In this document: positions 1 through 14,703 of the stretch, piece after piece
Layout of the letters: each line of letters begins with the position of its first letter
Numbering within the stretch: the stretch's first letter is position 1
From: Tubulanus polymorphus
Taxonomy: Eukaryota > Animalia > Nemertea
DNA: 64,000 nucleotides
Reading direction: 5' to 3'
Assembly (NCBI RefSeq): GCF_964204645.1
Contig: NC_134026.1
Coordinates: 19,936,150 to 20,000,149, forward strand
Program-made: the position numbers and the translations under genes
The notes under the pieces: generated by a model
Told to the model about the DNA's origin: nothing
Database searches by the model: none
Seen by the model: the letters and a program-made list of their open reading frames with translations, nothing else

Positions 1-540
1 CAGTTCCTTTTGTGATAGTTTCCGAGGCCTTATCGTCATTAGTTCTTGAGAAGACTAAGGTGTGATATTTTGATAAGTATATCTTGTTATTTAGGCTATA
101 GGCCTCTTTAACAAATGACAATCACACAAACTATAACTTACATAGTAATTATGGAGTCAAGATTTATTCCATATTTCTAGGACTAAGTGACACGGGATTG
201 TGATATGGTTTGATCCAGAGAGTGAATGCACTGAATGTGTCCTGTTATCCAGTACTTCTACTACATGTAAGCTGCTAGTCTAAATACTGAATATTCATCG
301 CTGCAACAGAATCTTCTTACCAAACATGTAAGTCGTTTCGTAAACACTTGACCAAGCTTATCGACATTGTTTATCCGTTATGCCTGTATGCATAATCACA
401 GGAAAATCCTTGGAATGAACTCTTACAGAACCTGTGGACAAAGTTTCATAGACCAGAACCCATTTCCTCAGTTGCCGGTTAAGTTTTATTCTAAGAGTTC
501 AGAAGAGCTCATTTCCAAAGTTTTATCTCTTTGGTTGGAT

Positions 541-787
541 GGGCCAGTTCCATAGTCATGGCTTAGACTTAAGAACAGTCTAAGACCAACTTAGTTATGT
601 AGTGCAATCTATCAACTTAAGACCGGTCTTAATATTTAAGACCACTTTTGGACTTAAGTCTCGTTGCACCGTTGTGACTTAAGTCCAAAAGTCGTAAATC
701 TTAAGACTGGTCTTAAGTTGCTTGATTGGCTATAGAACTAAGTTGTCTTACAATGGTCAGTCTAGACCGTGACTATGCAACTGGCCC
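541..787. mobile_element. Palindromic MITE family B (GGGCCAGTT...AACTGGCCC)
   Basis: TIRs and internal CTTAAG-rich palindrome; second copy at 14441-14703. Confidence 0.75.
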
Positions 788-2837
788 CTGGACTCGGGAG
801 GTGCCAGTTCGTTGGAAAAACCATTTGTTCTGTTCATTACTGGTAGGTGTGGTGGGTTGGTAAGAGACGTCAAATCAAATCAATAGATTCATAGAAATTC
901 TATCATAATGAGAAAAGTGTGGAATCCTATCACAAACTAGTGCTAACTCTTCCTGATAGATGGCAGCCATACTTAAAGCTTCACCATTATACCATGGAAA
1001 TGGTTGGAGTGTAAATAAATCGTAATCGTAATCGTAATCGGTGATTCCACTGGAGACGTGCACAGGGAAGCGAGTACGACAGGCAATTCAATTCACCATA
1101 GATTATCGAAACATATCCAGATACCTGGGGAATCTAATGCAACGTTATGAAGATACATGTCTCTCAAGGAGTTGACCTTTTTCCAATGATTGAAATGAAG
1201 ATTTTGTTGCACGAGGCGTATACTACATGCATTTTCAAATTTTGACATGAAATTGAATACCTGTTGATTATTTGACTAATTAATTAGTTTTTATCAATCA
1301 ACTTGTTAGCTAATGTTATCAAAAAAGAATTTGACAATGTAAATTTTTAGAAAAATCTAAGAATTTTTGATGTCAAAGTGAAATAAATTTGTTTGATAAA
1401 ACCCAATCTAACTACTTAAATAATTAGTGCTTTCTAATGAGCTTGCAGAACATTTTTAAGTTAATTGTTAGAAAGTGAAAAATTCTTTTTGTTCGATGTG
1501 GCCCGATCTACAGAAGTTTTTTCAAAACCAATTTTGAATTTTCTTGCAAAGTTTACATCAAAGCAGAAGATGCCTAGATCAATATTTTTGATGTTTGGTT
1601 CGTTGAAGACCTGATGAAAATTTTTTTTTAGAAATTTTTTTCTTGTCCTAATCAGAAGTAACTTTTTCCCATTAATTCACATTTCTAATGAATTTTACTT
1701 GATGTAGGTGTATTATTACTAACATTTTATTGATATTTATATTTTCCAAAATAAGGCTTGAGCTGATAATGCATTTATATGGTTATATCTAACAAAAAAG
1801 GCCCGAAACCACATTTAAAATCAACTCGGCTTTGGCGACTTTACTGCGCGTCGGTCAAAACAAATGGGTCTTCGGGGCAGTTTTGAAGAAACTCCCTAGC
1901 AAATGTAATTGATATAATACGAAAGTGGTGTTTGAAGTCTGAATCTGGCGTCTGATTTGCTGATGCCGTTTTCTTCTAATTCACCTGGTATTGTTCCTGA
2001 GAAATTGTGCTTATTTTCGGATGATGTATCATCGTACAAAAAACACAGCCCGAAGCCGAATATCGAGTCTTTAATCTCGACTATTTAGATTACTGCGAAC
2101 AAGGTTACGATCGTTTTTAGGCGGGTTTGTTTATTCCCCCTGAAGAGTGAATTCTACATAACTGCACGCGCAAGGTTGAATATTTCCGCTCTTTGCCTTT
2201 GTTGTACGTGTATGGATTTTTTTTCACGAATGTCAAAACTGAATTTTCGGCACTGAAACCTTAAACTTTGTGTACTCATTTCTGTTTTATTGAAATGGAT
2301 TTTCACTATAAGGTTTTTCCTTTCCGGTTTACCGATTAGGCAGGGGTGGATCTTAAGCTGTATCCAGTGGTGCAGTCAAGCTGCAATGAACTGGGGGTTA
2401 TCTTGATAGGAGTAAGCTAAGAATCGGTTTGCTGTATATGGTATACCAATGACTAGAATTGGATATTTGTTTTTGGTGTGCACATGGTGGCTGCTGACCT
2501 GGAAATCTCAGGGAATCAGAAAAATCTTGATCAGGGGATTTTGAGAAATTTTGCAAAAACAAAACCTGGAAAACTCAAGGAATTTGGATGACCACGCGTT
2601 TCATTATCAATATGTGAATCGTGAAAAATGAATAAATTATCACATTTTAAACCAAGAAATCCCTCGGGATTTACTTAGGGAATTTTGTGTTTTAACATGG
2701 AAGGATCAGGGGAAAACTTAGGGAATTGGCGGAAGTGGACAACCTGTTAGAACATCACCACACCTGTCGTGTTGGGATCAAAACTGGGGGTTAACTCGAC
2801 TGCAGTAGTTCCAAGCGGTGGCTGAAAACTGTGTACC

Positions 2838-3117
2838 TGGCCCGTGCCGAGCTTTTTTGAGGGGCAGTTCTGTATCAAGAAAAAGGGTATTTTTTTCACC
2901 ATGAAAAGGGGTACTTTCCTATTGAAAAAGGACTGATCTTATTTTCTACCTGAATGAATAAGTTGAGAATGTATTACTTTTCATTTTCCAAAAAAAAACA
3001 TGACAATTGTATCCAAATTTCCAAAAATCTTGACCCAATTCTTTTTACACCGACCTTTTGAAGGGCACCTTTATCAATGACAATTTGCCCCGAACCCCAT
3101 CCCTCGACGCGGGCCTG
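2838..3117. repeat. Dispersed TIR repeat (CAGGCCCGTGCCGAG ends)
   Basis: Reverse-complement copy at ~44630-44892. Confidence 0.65.
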
Positions 3118-4185
3118 CAATCGGGATTGATTTTGTTATCGTTCCATATTGTCGGGGACTCTTGAGTACATATGAATATCTACATTATCACGGAAAACAT
3201 ATATACGACTGATTGCGAAAGAGAAGGACATTTTTATCTGTCGGCCTTGTTAATTGGCCGTTGTCCAGAGATCGCATCTGTGCGCTCATTCATTCGACGC
3301 CCCGGAAAACGCTTAATCAAGTGATCACCCGACCCACCGACTGACGGACCTCTGATCGCATATTTTCCTTCCGCTCTGGCGGCCAACTATTCCGCGGCAA
3401 TCAAGGACTCTCGAAATTGCCGACGCATTAAATCTAGACGGTGATTACTGAATTGATTCGACGTAATCTCGGCTATCTGAAGTATAAATAATGATCTCCG
3501 GCCATACGCAAAACAAACAGAAAATACAGACTATTGCTCGTGTATAGGACGAACAAAAGAAGTCAAGTGATAAAAATATTGTCTTTTTAAACCATTATAC
3601 ATCTAAGCATCTTCCACTATCTAGTGAGGAAATTAGATGATTTATTACTAGTGAGAAAAATGCATTTGAATTTAATTGAAATGGAGAATGAAATTGAATC
3701 GCGGTAATCTAGTGCCACTAGCGATGCTGGCAGAATCCTCGCTGAATCCTCGCTTGCCACAGTAGCGTTGCTGGTATCCATTAAATTGGTTTAGTAGGTT
3801 TAGGTGGAATCTACTGTAATCGGGATATGAAAGTGATGCGGACACTTCCGCGAAATTTGAAATTTTTCTCCTTTGAAATTCCTCGAAAACTCCTTATATC
3901 CTGGATTGACTGACCTGTAGAGACCCAGAAATTGCCAAGTACAAATTGCTACCGTCCAACAAGATCCGAATTAAGCAGAGTCTACTCAGATATGGCAAAC
4001 AAATTTTGTCCTTCGATCCGGTTCGTTAAGCGCTTTCACTGTATGATCAAACTCAGATATCCGTATCATTAGATTCAAATATTTCTGAAGTCGGAAACAT
4101 TTTTGTAGTTCAATAAGATAAAAGCTGCATTGATTCAATCATGCAGTTTCGATCAATGAGTGAATGTCCCTTCCGACTGGTCATT

Positions 4186-4505
4186 AGCCGCGATCACACG
4201 AGCACTTTTGTGCAACAACTATTCACAGGTGCCAAATGGGCCCGAGCCTGTTTGGCTGGGCCAAATTTGGCCCAAACAAAAACGTCGGACCAGGCCCGAG
4301 CCAAATTTTAGCACCAGACATGATTGCGTTTGAATTGCAACTGGCACCGGAAATGATCCACTTCGCTTTGTTTGAGCATTGTTTAGTATCGAGTGAATGG
4401 TTTGCGTGTGAACCCGCTCTCTAATTAGGCACGGGCCAAAGTTTGGCCCGAGGCTGATCTGTGCCAATTTTGCCTGGGCCAAATCATCTCCCTGTGATCG
4501 CGGCT
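4186..4505. mobile_element. MITE family A (TIR AGCCGCGATCACACG), Harbinger-like
   Basis: Terminal inverted repeats; empty site seen in the paralogous flank at ~5125-5195; other copies or pieces at ~8470-8940, 15660-16076, 19741-19880, 23387-23500, 24010-24189, 32357-32654, 33019-33465. Confidence 0.8.
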
Positions 4506-6465
4506 ATTGAGTCTATACCATAATTGGACAAAATTGATTACTTCATCTTATTTTTGAAAACAGTGTTCATCAAATAGTGGAAATATTACAAATCTATTTT
4601 TTTCAGTTGATTGCATTAACAAGAGGGCTTTTCAAAGCGATTGTGAGTCGAAAAAAGTAATCATAAGGCAGGCCTATTCAGTGATAAGTGACCTCGGTTC
4701 AGGTCATGGCGATATACTCTCATGAGTTTCAAATGACCGTATTGTATTGTAATTTTTGAAAACGTAATTCGATAATTGAACACGGTATTCATAACTTTTA
4801 ATGCGGCGAAAGGTCGTTAGTCATCTGACCTTGGAACGTAATTAAATTTTCATGTCCGATACGAATGTCGATGGACACGTAGGCCAGTAGCGGTCAGTTC
4901 ACGCTATATTTAGCTATTAATATCAGTAAGCCTTTACCGATGTAACACACTTGGCAGCCGTTTTTGGCAGCATCGCAACAAGTCTTCATCGCGATAATGA
5001 TAGCAGCATCATTTGCCAAGGACGTCGGTACATTTCAAATGGTAATTCCTAGAAATGAAGTTTATTAATAAAATCGTGTGGCCTGGTGGCTGGAAGCTCT
5101 AATGAATTCTATATAGTTATAGTCAAAGCTGCATCGATTCAATTGTGCAGTTCTGATCAATGAGTGAATGTCCCTTCCAACTGGTCATTGATTCAAAGTA
5201 CTCGATTTATTGATAGGTTCGAAAGCCTATAATTTTTCCAGCAGCTGTATTCAACGGCCTTTAATTTTACTAAAAATTCACCTTCTGGTGATTAACGCCC
5301 AATGAGCTGATGTCGGGAAAATTATATTTAGATTAATTTACGACAGATTTATACCAGGTCAAGGTCATTTTGATTAATTTAGGTCAAACACATATAGTAG
5401 TGCTGTATTGTACTATATACATGTATTATTAACTGTTTGAACGATGTCAAGGTTGTTCGATATGATTTCTTGAGTTCTGATTTAAAATTACAACATTTGG
5501 GTCAATATTGTACCAAGAACTGTGCAACTGGACTGAGATGACTTATCATCTGAATCCAAGGAGTCAAATCAAATTAGAAATTTAAAAACTAAAGGAAGAT
5601 AAGAAGGATATTTTCATCACTTACTGTAAGCGTCAGCTCACTCATGCTGCTGATGTTCCCAATTAGCAAAAGCATGGATTGAGAGTTGTTTCTTCTGTTC
5701 TCGAACCTTACTTAACCCTCAAAATGATGAAAAAATCTAAATTTTCCTCTAAACAACTCTTTAATGTGTGCATAAAGTACTTTCGCAGAAAGTGTAGGTT
5801 TGATAAGCTTTTTGAATATTTTCATCCGCCGGAGATTTAACAATAATCGGAGGAAATTAGACTAGCGGTGATTGCGACCCGTTTATCATTAATCGCGTTC
5901 GAATTATTCGTTCTTGACAACAAGGCGCGTGCGCGCGCGAAATAGATTTCTCCGGCGATATGACCGAATGAAAAAATGTTATTATCTAATATCGGGTTAT
6001 AACGGTGCCAATTGCAGCTGCGTGTTTCTTTTTAGCGCGAGATGGCTGAACGAACGGCGATAGTTTCTCCGCTGCCATCTTCAGAGTAATTACACGTCGC
6101 GCAGGAGTTCTCATCTCAAATTTCCTGTTATTCTCCGCTCGGTGGTCGGCAATTCTCTCCCGTGTAATAGTGATATTCTATTGTGTCCTTTTCTTCGAAG
6201 AAAATCGCGACTGTTTTGCACGCGGTTTGTTTTTAGTTTGTCCAGTCCATCTGCCCGGCGATGTTCTTCACTTTGCGACTCTTTTTGATAAACCAGTAAG
6301 TTGGACAGGAAACATAGACCGGGTCCCTATGACTCCTTGTTTCTTCTCCCTCTAAATGGAAAATGATTAAAAATCCGTTGATTTGAGCAAAATGTCCGAC
6401 GATCTTTTAAAGCTCATTCAATTTGAGAAAGGCAATTTGAAATTTCGGTCTAGTTAGTAGCCCTT

Positions 6466-6604
6466 TAGTAGACTACACCTAAATTTGGTACAGTTGGGAC
6501 CAGGATTCTTTAGTAGTGTATAGAAAAAAAGACTTTGCTTACAAAACCAGCAAAATAATGGTTTACTGAGATGAACAGTACCGATTTAGGAGGAGTCTAC
6601 TGTA
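6466..6604. repeat. Short inverted-repeat element
   Basis: AGTAGACTACACCTAAATTTGGTAC ... GTACCGATTTAGGAGGAGTCTACT; right half and flank recur at ~3780-3845. Confidence 0.5.
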
Positions 6605-7566
6605 ATCAGGATAAGTGATGTGGACGAAACGCTTAGTATTGTCACCTCATTTAAGTCAACAGCATTTTAAAGATCGTCACACCACCTAAGTCATCTCTAT
6701 TTTTGAATCCCAATTAGAAATTCCAATCCAAGTAAACTAAGTGTAAGTTATCATTCGGATAAGTTGTCAATATAATGATGGTGGCGACTATCACGACTTA
6801 ACAGATTCATTATGCTAGAATTTACTGAGTGTATTAAGTGTTTTCAAAGGAAAGGTATAACGATAATTTGATAGTAATAATGATATAATGATATAATGAA
6901 GGATTCTCATCAAGCCTGAAGGCTGTATGGATTCATGATCTTTTCCCCGTTAATATCCTGATTATCGGTGTTCGAGTCCGCCGTCGTATTTCCACGCGAG
7001 AACTCTCAGGAAATCATTCTACGGTTACTCGCGTCGAGCACGTCTGCCTTAATTGTTGGCTCGCATCAATTAATATAAGATTTACATCGCCGATACTGCG
7101 AGTTATTAAAGCTGGCAAATGTCACGGGCCGATCCGGGGGGGGGGGGGGACATGTTGTGACCATGTCGACCAATAAAAACGGTATATATTCTTAGGGCGG
7201 AAAGGCGTATTAGTGAGCGTGGAAATACTAGCGCTGTAGGTGCAACACGCCTTTCCCCCAGAAATTTTTCAAATTTTACCATCATTTTAGAGCTTTCTGA
7301 GCATCTCTGAGAGGTATTTTGTCAAGAAACGTAAGTTATATATTTAGGAAAAATATCTATTGTGTATCTCAGGTGGTAACAATGGCAAATTTTGATACAG
7401 AGAGAAAAAATAAAAAGGGCACCTTAACATTCCGACCGTGTCGGGCGACAATCTGACAGTCTGTCTAAATCCGCCCCTGAATGTCTTTGATTTTATACGT
7501 TCATTCGAGTTGATCGTGTGTAGCATCGATGTTAAACACGATATCTTTTTTCGTGAAACTGGATCC

Positions 7567-7976
7567 AGGGCTGGGTTTCATAGATGTAGAAGCAAAATAG
7601 TCCCTGGGAACATTTTGAAATTTATCAGTTATAACCATGGTTTTGCCGTCGTTACTATGGTGGTTGTCACCCAGGACCCAGTTCCACAGTTGTGGGCTTA
7701 GCTAAGATTTGACTTCGAGTTAACTCATTGAAAATGAACTAATTTTAACTCAGAGTTAACTCTAACTCAGATCTGTAGAACTGGATCCTGAGAGATTGAG
7801 AATTAACCCTAGGGATAACTTCGATCCTCAGTCTATGAAACCGGGCCCAGGGCTCAGTTTCACAAAAACACTCAAATTTTTGTTATAATGCCATTGGTAA
7901 CTTCATGAGGACAACAATTCAAACTTAACCATTCTAGGCTTATAAGATTTTAATTTTTTCGTGAAACTGGGCCCAG
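7567..7976. mobile_element. Cluster of nested/adjacent GGGCCC(A/G)GTT-ended Harbinger-like MITEs
   Basis: Inverted ends at ~7568/7848, ~7673/7790, ~7849/7976; relatives at ~12939-13050, 18457-18590, 30714-30817, 63068-63183. Confidence 0.65.
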
Positions 7977-8548
7977 AAGAATATGGTCTAAAAGCGTCAA
8001 AGTTTATAACTGTAAACTTTCTTATGAATAATCGTGCTAATTGAAATGATTTCCGTCTATAACTCAGATTCTTGGACAGCCAGGCCAGCACGCTGGTGCC
8101 TGGATATTTCATGGCCAGTTCCTTGAACTGCTAAGGGCGAATGATTGATAGCTTCAATTGGTAGTAATGTGTTAATGGAATTTGTCGCATTTCTCGCGTG
8201 ATAACGCATAGATTTAAAAGAAAATCGACAAATTTGAATTCTAAGAATGTTCAATTAATGACTTCTGTTAGAAATCTGAGGCAGATTCCGTGGTTCCTGG
8301 TTGAATTTGAATCCAGAATCGAACTAGTAGATATAACGCAGATTTTGGGCTTGTGTGGACTTTGTCTAGATGCTCTGACTAGACGCAATGTACAATGCGA
8401 TTGAGATCCGAATGTCTCATGAACTTCATTGCGCCCAAATTATCTGCGTTTAACTTATATAAGCTGTGTTTACACGGGTGCCAAATGCCCGTGCCCGACC
8501 CAAAACGTCGGACTAGACCCGAGGCAAATTTTAGCGCATGTCCTATTG

Positions 8549-8820
8549 CAGGTGTGGATCCAGAGACCAATTTTGAAGGAGTTATCAAATCCAAAAAATG
8601 CACTTTGATGTCCAAAATGGCGATATGTGTACTCATAAACTTTGGGGGCCAATTTTGAAGAACTTGTCACATCCCAAAAGGGTATTTTGATGTTCAGAAA
8701 GGCCAAGGAGCTCTATCGCTTTGTTATGGGCCAATCATCGTTGTTGACAAATTAGAAAAAGGCACTCAAAAATGTGATGGACGCGTGCAAGTCTCACAAG
8801 ACTCCCTCGATCCGCCCCTG
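8549..8820. repeat. Dispersed TIR repeat (CAGGGGCGGATC-type ends), nested in a family A copy
   Basis: Matches ~48024-48255; similar termini at ~2341, 9195-9210, 37429-37699. Confidence 0.6.
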
Positions 8821-11800
8821 AATTATTGTTATACAAGTGAATTGCTACTGGTTCCGGAAACGACTCAATTGGCTTTGTCTCAGCATTTTTTAGTATTGAG
8901 TGAGTGGTTTGCGCGTGTGAACATGCTCACTTATTAGATACAGTGGAGGATTTAGGGTACCTCACATGCCTCGCGTGAGGCACTCAAAATATCCGGAATG
9001 CCCTTCTTGGAAAGACAATTGAAATGAAAATTTGAAATGAATTTGAATTGTCTTATCAGGCAAAATTTCCTGAGGGTGTGTATGAAACAATTGTTACCTG
9101 GGTGTCCTAAATGGTGCTTTGCATTGAGTATTATCTGGAAAGTTTTTTGAAAAAATGCCCTTTTTTTCTTTGGTGAGGCAGTAAAAATTGAACCCTGGAT
9201 CCACCCCTGAGATACACGCAAAATTTGACAGTGCTAATTCCATTTTTGCCGGTGATGAAAAAGTGCAAGTTGACCGACACTGATTTTAACCGTGCCCTGA
9301 GCGCAGTTGCAATGTGAATCAAGTCAAAAGGTCGAATTCAACGGATCGAGATGTGCACATTAAGCTCATGGATACCCTGCAGATAAAAACTAATCCGCGG
9401 CCGTAATGAGAATGAGACTGGACACTGTCCGCGTACAAAAACAACCGACACAAAAAAAATCGAACGCCTGACTTCGGGGTGTCGAATAAAACACTGCAAA
9501 AATTATCATCACACGCATGTTTGCTCGCGTGCGTGCCGGTAGCAACTTATACAAAGGAATACGTTTCTCGCGCATTTGTTCTTATGACTGTGGGGGGAAA
9601 ATAACAATCAGTATCGAGGAGGAAAATCGTTATTCAGATCGTATTACGCGCGCGCGCACCGTGTTCATAATGAGAGCAAACAAGAAATCGGTTTCGCTTT
9701 TTCTCGTTCGTCACTCCGGTGTCTCGTTAAAGTCATTATTGCCGATTAAATCAGCTACTTTTGATTTCGCGGGAGGGAAACAAACGCGAACGTTTGTTTC
9801 GACAATAATGCGCGTATTAGATTACGGAACTGAAGCTCGTGCACACGTGTGGGTGCCACTTCCGAATTAGTATAACGTACCGAACGAGAAGGGGGCAAAT
9901 ATCGATTGAAATCGCTAAACAGACAATCTGTATGAGCTTTATTGTTTTATAAGTGCAAGCTTTATTGTTTTATAAGTGAATTTGCATCGATTTGTTGATA
10001 GGTTTATAATGTTCGCTCTCGGGGGGGCGGGGGGGGGGGTGCCCGATGCGTTCAAGGAGGCGTAGGTCGACTAGCGACTTGTGGTCAGTTGCATCTGGTC
10101 ACACAGAGCGGATCTAGTGTCTGATTAAGGGAGGGTGGCACCCCCAAAATTCTGACCTATGCCCGCCTCTAAAAATGTGTTTGAATTTTTTTTGAAAATC
10201 ATAATTTCGAATTGAAAATACTTTGAAAAAAGAAATTCAAAAAATATTTTCTAATAACCTTTTCGCAAATCTCCGAATGAGAAATGCTGAGAAAAACATT
10301 TCAAATGATATAAATTATTTTCAATGGACATTTCTAAAAAAAAAGCTTTTCCAATGAATGACCAAACAGAAAATGAGAGGTATATGTATATATATATAGA
10401 ACAAAAATACAACGAAAAAAATGACATAGTTCATTGTTTTGGAAAAAAAAGGATTGTTGAAAACAGTTTTTGCGTTCAGCTAGTGCGTATAGACCTAAGC
10501 ACCGCTGTGCCAATATTGGTGTAAGCACAGATGGGACAAATGCAAATGAACTTAGTCACATATTAATAGGCTATGTATGTCATATCACCAGCTACTGATT
10601 AATGTACATTGAATTGCATCAATCAGCACAATATTTTAAATTTTTTTCTATAGTTTTTTGCAGTCCTTCCGAGTTTTTGTGTGAAAAATGCTCAAATGAT
10701 GGAAAAAATTATTTTTTTCTAGCTCCCTTCCATTTTCAAACACCTATTATGGAAAAGATTTTTTTATTTTCATTTTGGCCCTTCGCCATCTCATTTTTTT
10801 TCTTGAAAAAATCTGCACTGAAGCAATTACAAAATGGCCTTATGTACCGGGAAAATAAATTTTGCCTGAAATAATTCAGCAATTCATTTCAATTTTTGCA
10901 ATTGAAAATTTTCTAAACAATGAATAAACTTTTTTTCCAATAATCACGTTACTGGTTCGATGTTTCAATGTTTCTTGTGAAAAAATCACCGTTAAATACA
11001 ACCTTCTATTGAATTGAAACCCCTTATTTACCTGTAAGCATTGCTTGCTTTCGGTAAGCATTAAGTTAAAAGTAAGCATGAGGCCAAAAATACATGTAGA
11101 GGACATATTTTCGGGTCCCACCCATAATGATAACTGCATCAATTTTGGTCAAATTCGATATGATATTTAGCGAAATTCGGTATGGCGTTCGCTAATTCTG
11201 GTATTCTGATAAATCATCAAAACAGCTCGCAGGGATTATCGCAGAAATAGCTCGATGTTTAGGCGTATCAAAGTACATATCGTATCGAGGTCAAACAATG
11301 CCGTTTTTCGAAATTTTAAAAATAAAGTTATTTCCAACGGTATTTATTTTCGGGATGATTTCGGGATGGCGTAATCGTGAGTTGTTAGTATTTCAGTGCG
11401 GACAGGTCTATACTGCATTTAGAGGCGATCAGCTAGGCTGACGACCTTCACATGGGGAATAATTGAATACTTCTTTCGAGAATTTCAGATCGGATGAATG
11501 CTTGTCTCGCTGCCGAGCGACCTATTCGAGCTTCTTAATTAACCGGACACCGGAGAAGAGAGAAAGCGCGCGCGAGAATGATGAGAACGACGATCCTCAC
11601 GTAGGCAAAACCGCATAATATTATGTCGTCATAGTAACTATAGACGCCGGGAATTGATGACAATAAAGTACTCGGTATCCTGTAATTGGTCAGTTGCCAA
11701 CGATTGTGAGAATTCCCATCTTCATCTGCTCCGGCGATTAATTAATTATTCTCGAAAACTAGGACACTGTGACCTAATTTCGCGAAGGGCCTTGACCTTT

Positions 11801-12364
11801 CTGGTCAGAGTCCAGAAATCGGAAAGCGTCTGGTATCGGCTGTTATGCCAGGAATCTTATCGATAAATGCTCGTTCATTGAAATCGACTCGGTTTTAGTT
11901 TCCGATATCGACAGACTTCCTCGCAATTATTGAGTTTCACAGCAATAATCCGCTTGTTTTACTAGTAATTAATGATTTAGAATATAGGATGCAGGGATTA
12001 CGCGGAAAAATTGTCCCGACCATTCGCTTAGCCATTTTCTCTTCATTTTCCCGAAGATAACTTAGATATAAGTGATATACGTTTCCCGACATTTTGATCT
12101 GAATGGAATCTATAGATAATCTGATCAGAGGTCGCAGTATGAACGTGATTTATTCTTCTGCCTCTGAAACATCGCTACTTTGTCTGGAGCCGGTCCGTGA
12201 AAAAAACTGTATCATGCGCCAAAACGCAGAAAATGCTTGAATTGTGTAGAAAAGTTCTGCATTAAAATTAGAATTGGTGTTTTTTTTGATACAATGTACC
12301 CCTTAGTCATACCGAGTTAAGACTTTAAGATCTTTTGAATGCTGCTAAGCATTTATACACTTTA

Positions 12365-12671
12365 AGCCTAGCGCACATCGACACTGCGATTGGAGATAAC
12401 TAGTTACAAGGCAGTTTTCGGCGCATGAGAGGAACTGGCTGGATACGATCAGTTGCTTGAACGTGTCGATGTGAGCGAGCTTACGATTGGTAAGCGTCGA
12501 TCTATCTCCAGTACTCAATCGCCGTCGATGTGCGCGCTCTGGATCTCGACGATCGACACGCGCCATGCAGTTGCTGCAACTGACCGGTTGTAACTAGATT
12601 TCGATGTGCGCGGGGTAATCGTTCGGTAGCAACTAGTTGTGTCCAATCGCAGTGTCGATGTGCGCTAGGCT
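12365..12671. mobile_element. PIF/Harbinger-type MITE
   Basis: ~40-bp TIRs AGCCTAGCGCACATCGACACTGCGATTGGA; TTA on both flanks. Confidence 0.8.
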
Positions 12672-13027
12672 TTAAGCATTTTGTTGTTGTTTTTTTTAAA
12701 TTTTCATCTGTGCGTATATATACGCCACTGTATTGTTATCAGAGCAGCTTCAATGAGATTCATTTTAGGCCAATAATCTTTTTGAATACTCTGGTAAGCA
12801 TTTTTTGACTTAGAGCACTTTTTGTGTGTACGTACCAGTACATCGGTATATCAATATCAGAGCAGCTTTACTGAGATTTGCTATATGCAAAATAATGCTG
12901 ACTAACAAAATGAAGAGATAATCGAGAAAGTCAAATTCAGGGCCCGGTTTTATGGACTGGTATTAACTTAAACCTGGGGGTTAACTCAATTGAAAATTAA
13001 TTGAGTTTACCTCGGGTTTAAGATTAT

Positions 13028-13697
13028 ACCAGTCTATAAAACCTGCCCTAGGGTTTTTTAATCCAGCTAAATAGATGCTGTCATGACAGTATTTGGCCGA
13101 TTGTATTATACTTGAGTGATGAAATTCTTGAGCGATTTATATAATCATTAATATAGATATCAATTCATTACACATTGTCTACACATATTTTGTCAAAACT
13201 CTTTTGCAAATGACAAAAATACGTAAAGAGGACATATTTTCGGTCCCACCCATAATGATAACTGCATCAATTTTGGTTAAATTCGATGTGATATTTAGCG
13301 AAAATCGGTATGTTGTTCGCTATTTCTGGTATTCTGATAAATCATCAAAACAGCTCGCAGGGATTACCTCAGAAATAGCTCAATGTTTAGGCGTATCAAA
13401 ATACTATCTTATCGAGGTCAAACAATGCCTTTTTACGAAATTTCAGAAATAGAGTAATTTGCAACAATTTGATTTTCAGATAGAAATTATATTCATAAGA
13501 TTAAAAGAAATAACAGTCTATAAAAACTGCCCCAAGGTTTTTTAATCCAGTTAAATAGATGCTGTCATGACAGTATTTGGCTGATTGTATTTGAGTGATT
13601 AAATTCTTGAGCGATTTATATAATCATTGATATAGATATCAATTCATTATACATTGTCTACTCATATTTTGTCAAAAATCTTTTGCAAATGACAAAT
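13028..13697. repeat. ~190-bp direct repeats flanking a ~250-bp segment that also occurs at ~11087-11335
   Basis: ~13028-13219 matches ~13513-13697; ~13216-13455 matches ~11087-11335. Confidence 0.8.
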
Positions 13698-14440
13698 TGA
13701 GGTGACAGGCGTCGTCGGTGTTCATCCACTGTAATAATACCTTTAATGCCGGAGCTATCAAATCTCAGGGTTTCGAATTGATTGAATACATCAAGGGTGC
13801 GATTACTTAATATTCGACGTCATTATTCTCACTCAATCCCGGTTAAGTCAAATTTTCCAACTCGCATTGACAGTTAATCAATGCCTCTAGTGTACGGATT
13901 ATAGCCTAGGCTTATAGGAACGAACTTTCACCAATAATTACAGCGCGTGTAAGTTTATAGACAATGAAATCGATTCTTGATCTGGCGTACGCCTCAGGCT
14001 GTATCGGGATATCGTGCGGAGCTGCCCGTTTGTTTTTCCCGCTGTATCTTATATAACCTGGGAGCTATAAGCTATAACCAACCGCGATGACAACGGTATC
14101 GAATTATCGTTGTATTGACTGTTCTGAAACGCTGATTGATGTTATTACGGGATGAGTACGTACGCCTAGTGTTCGTATCGACGGCTATTCGTAGACACCG
14201 TCGCGATTGAGCGTTTGATTGGTCTACGAGTCTTCCGAAACGGGTGCGAATCACATGACTCCATCGACACGTTTCCGATTGGCTCGTCTCAATTCTGTAA
14301 TCTCGTCCCTTGAAACGGCGTTTATCGTCGCGATATGGCGCAGGACTTAGTTCCGATGTGATTGGTCGGTGAATTTAGATTTTCTGCAGGGTCTGTAGAG
14401 TGATGTAGATTATTGAGGGCGGTTTATAGACAACCTCTGG

Positions 14441-14703
14441 GGCCAGTTGCGTAGTCATGGGTTATATTCAAGACCAGTCTAAGACCAACTTAGTTCTGTA
14501 GCCAATCTTAAGACCAGTGGCCAGTTGTTCAAAAGTTGGTTAGAGTTAACAAGCGGATAGATACCATAGTAACAATGAACTTTTAATTGTTACTATGTTA
14601 GCTATCCACTTGTTAACTTTAACCGACTTTTGAGCGACTGGCACGTGTCATATAAGGTCTAAGACCGCTTTTGGACTTAAGTCACACTGTGCAACTGGGC
14701 CCC
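14441..14703. mobile_element. Family B MITE with a nested related MITE (~14519-14643)
   Basis: Outer part matches 541-787; inner GGCCAGTTGTTCAAAAGTTGG...CCGACTTTTGAGCGACTGGC, also present at ~18218-18340. Confidence 0.7.
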
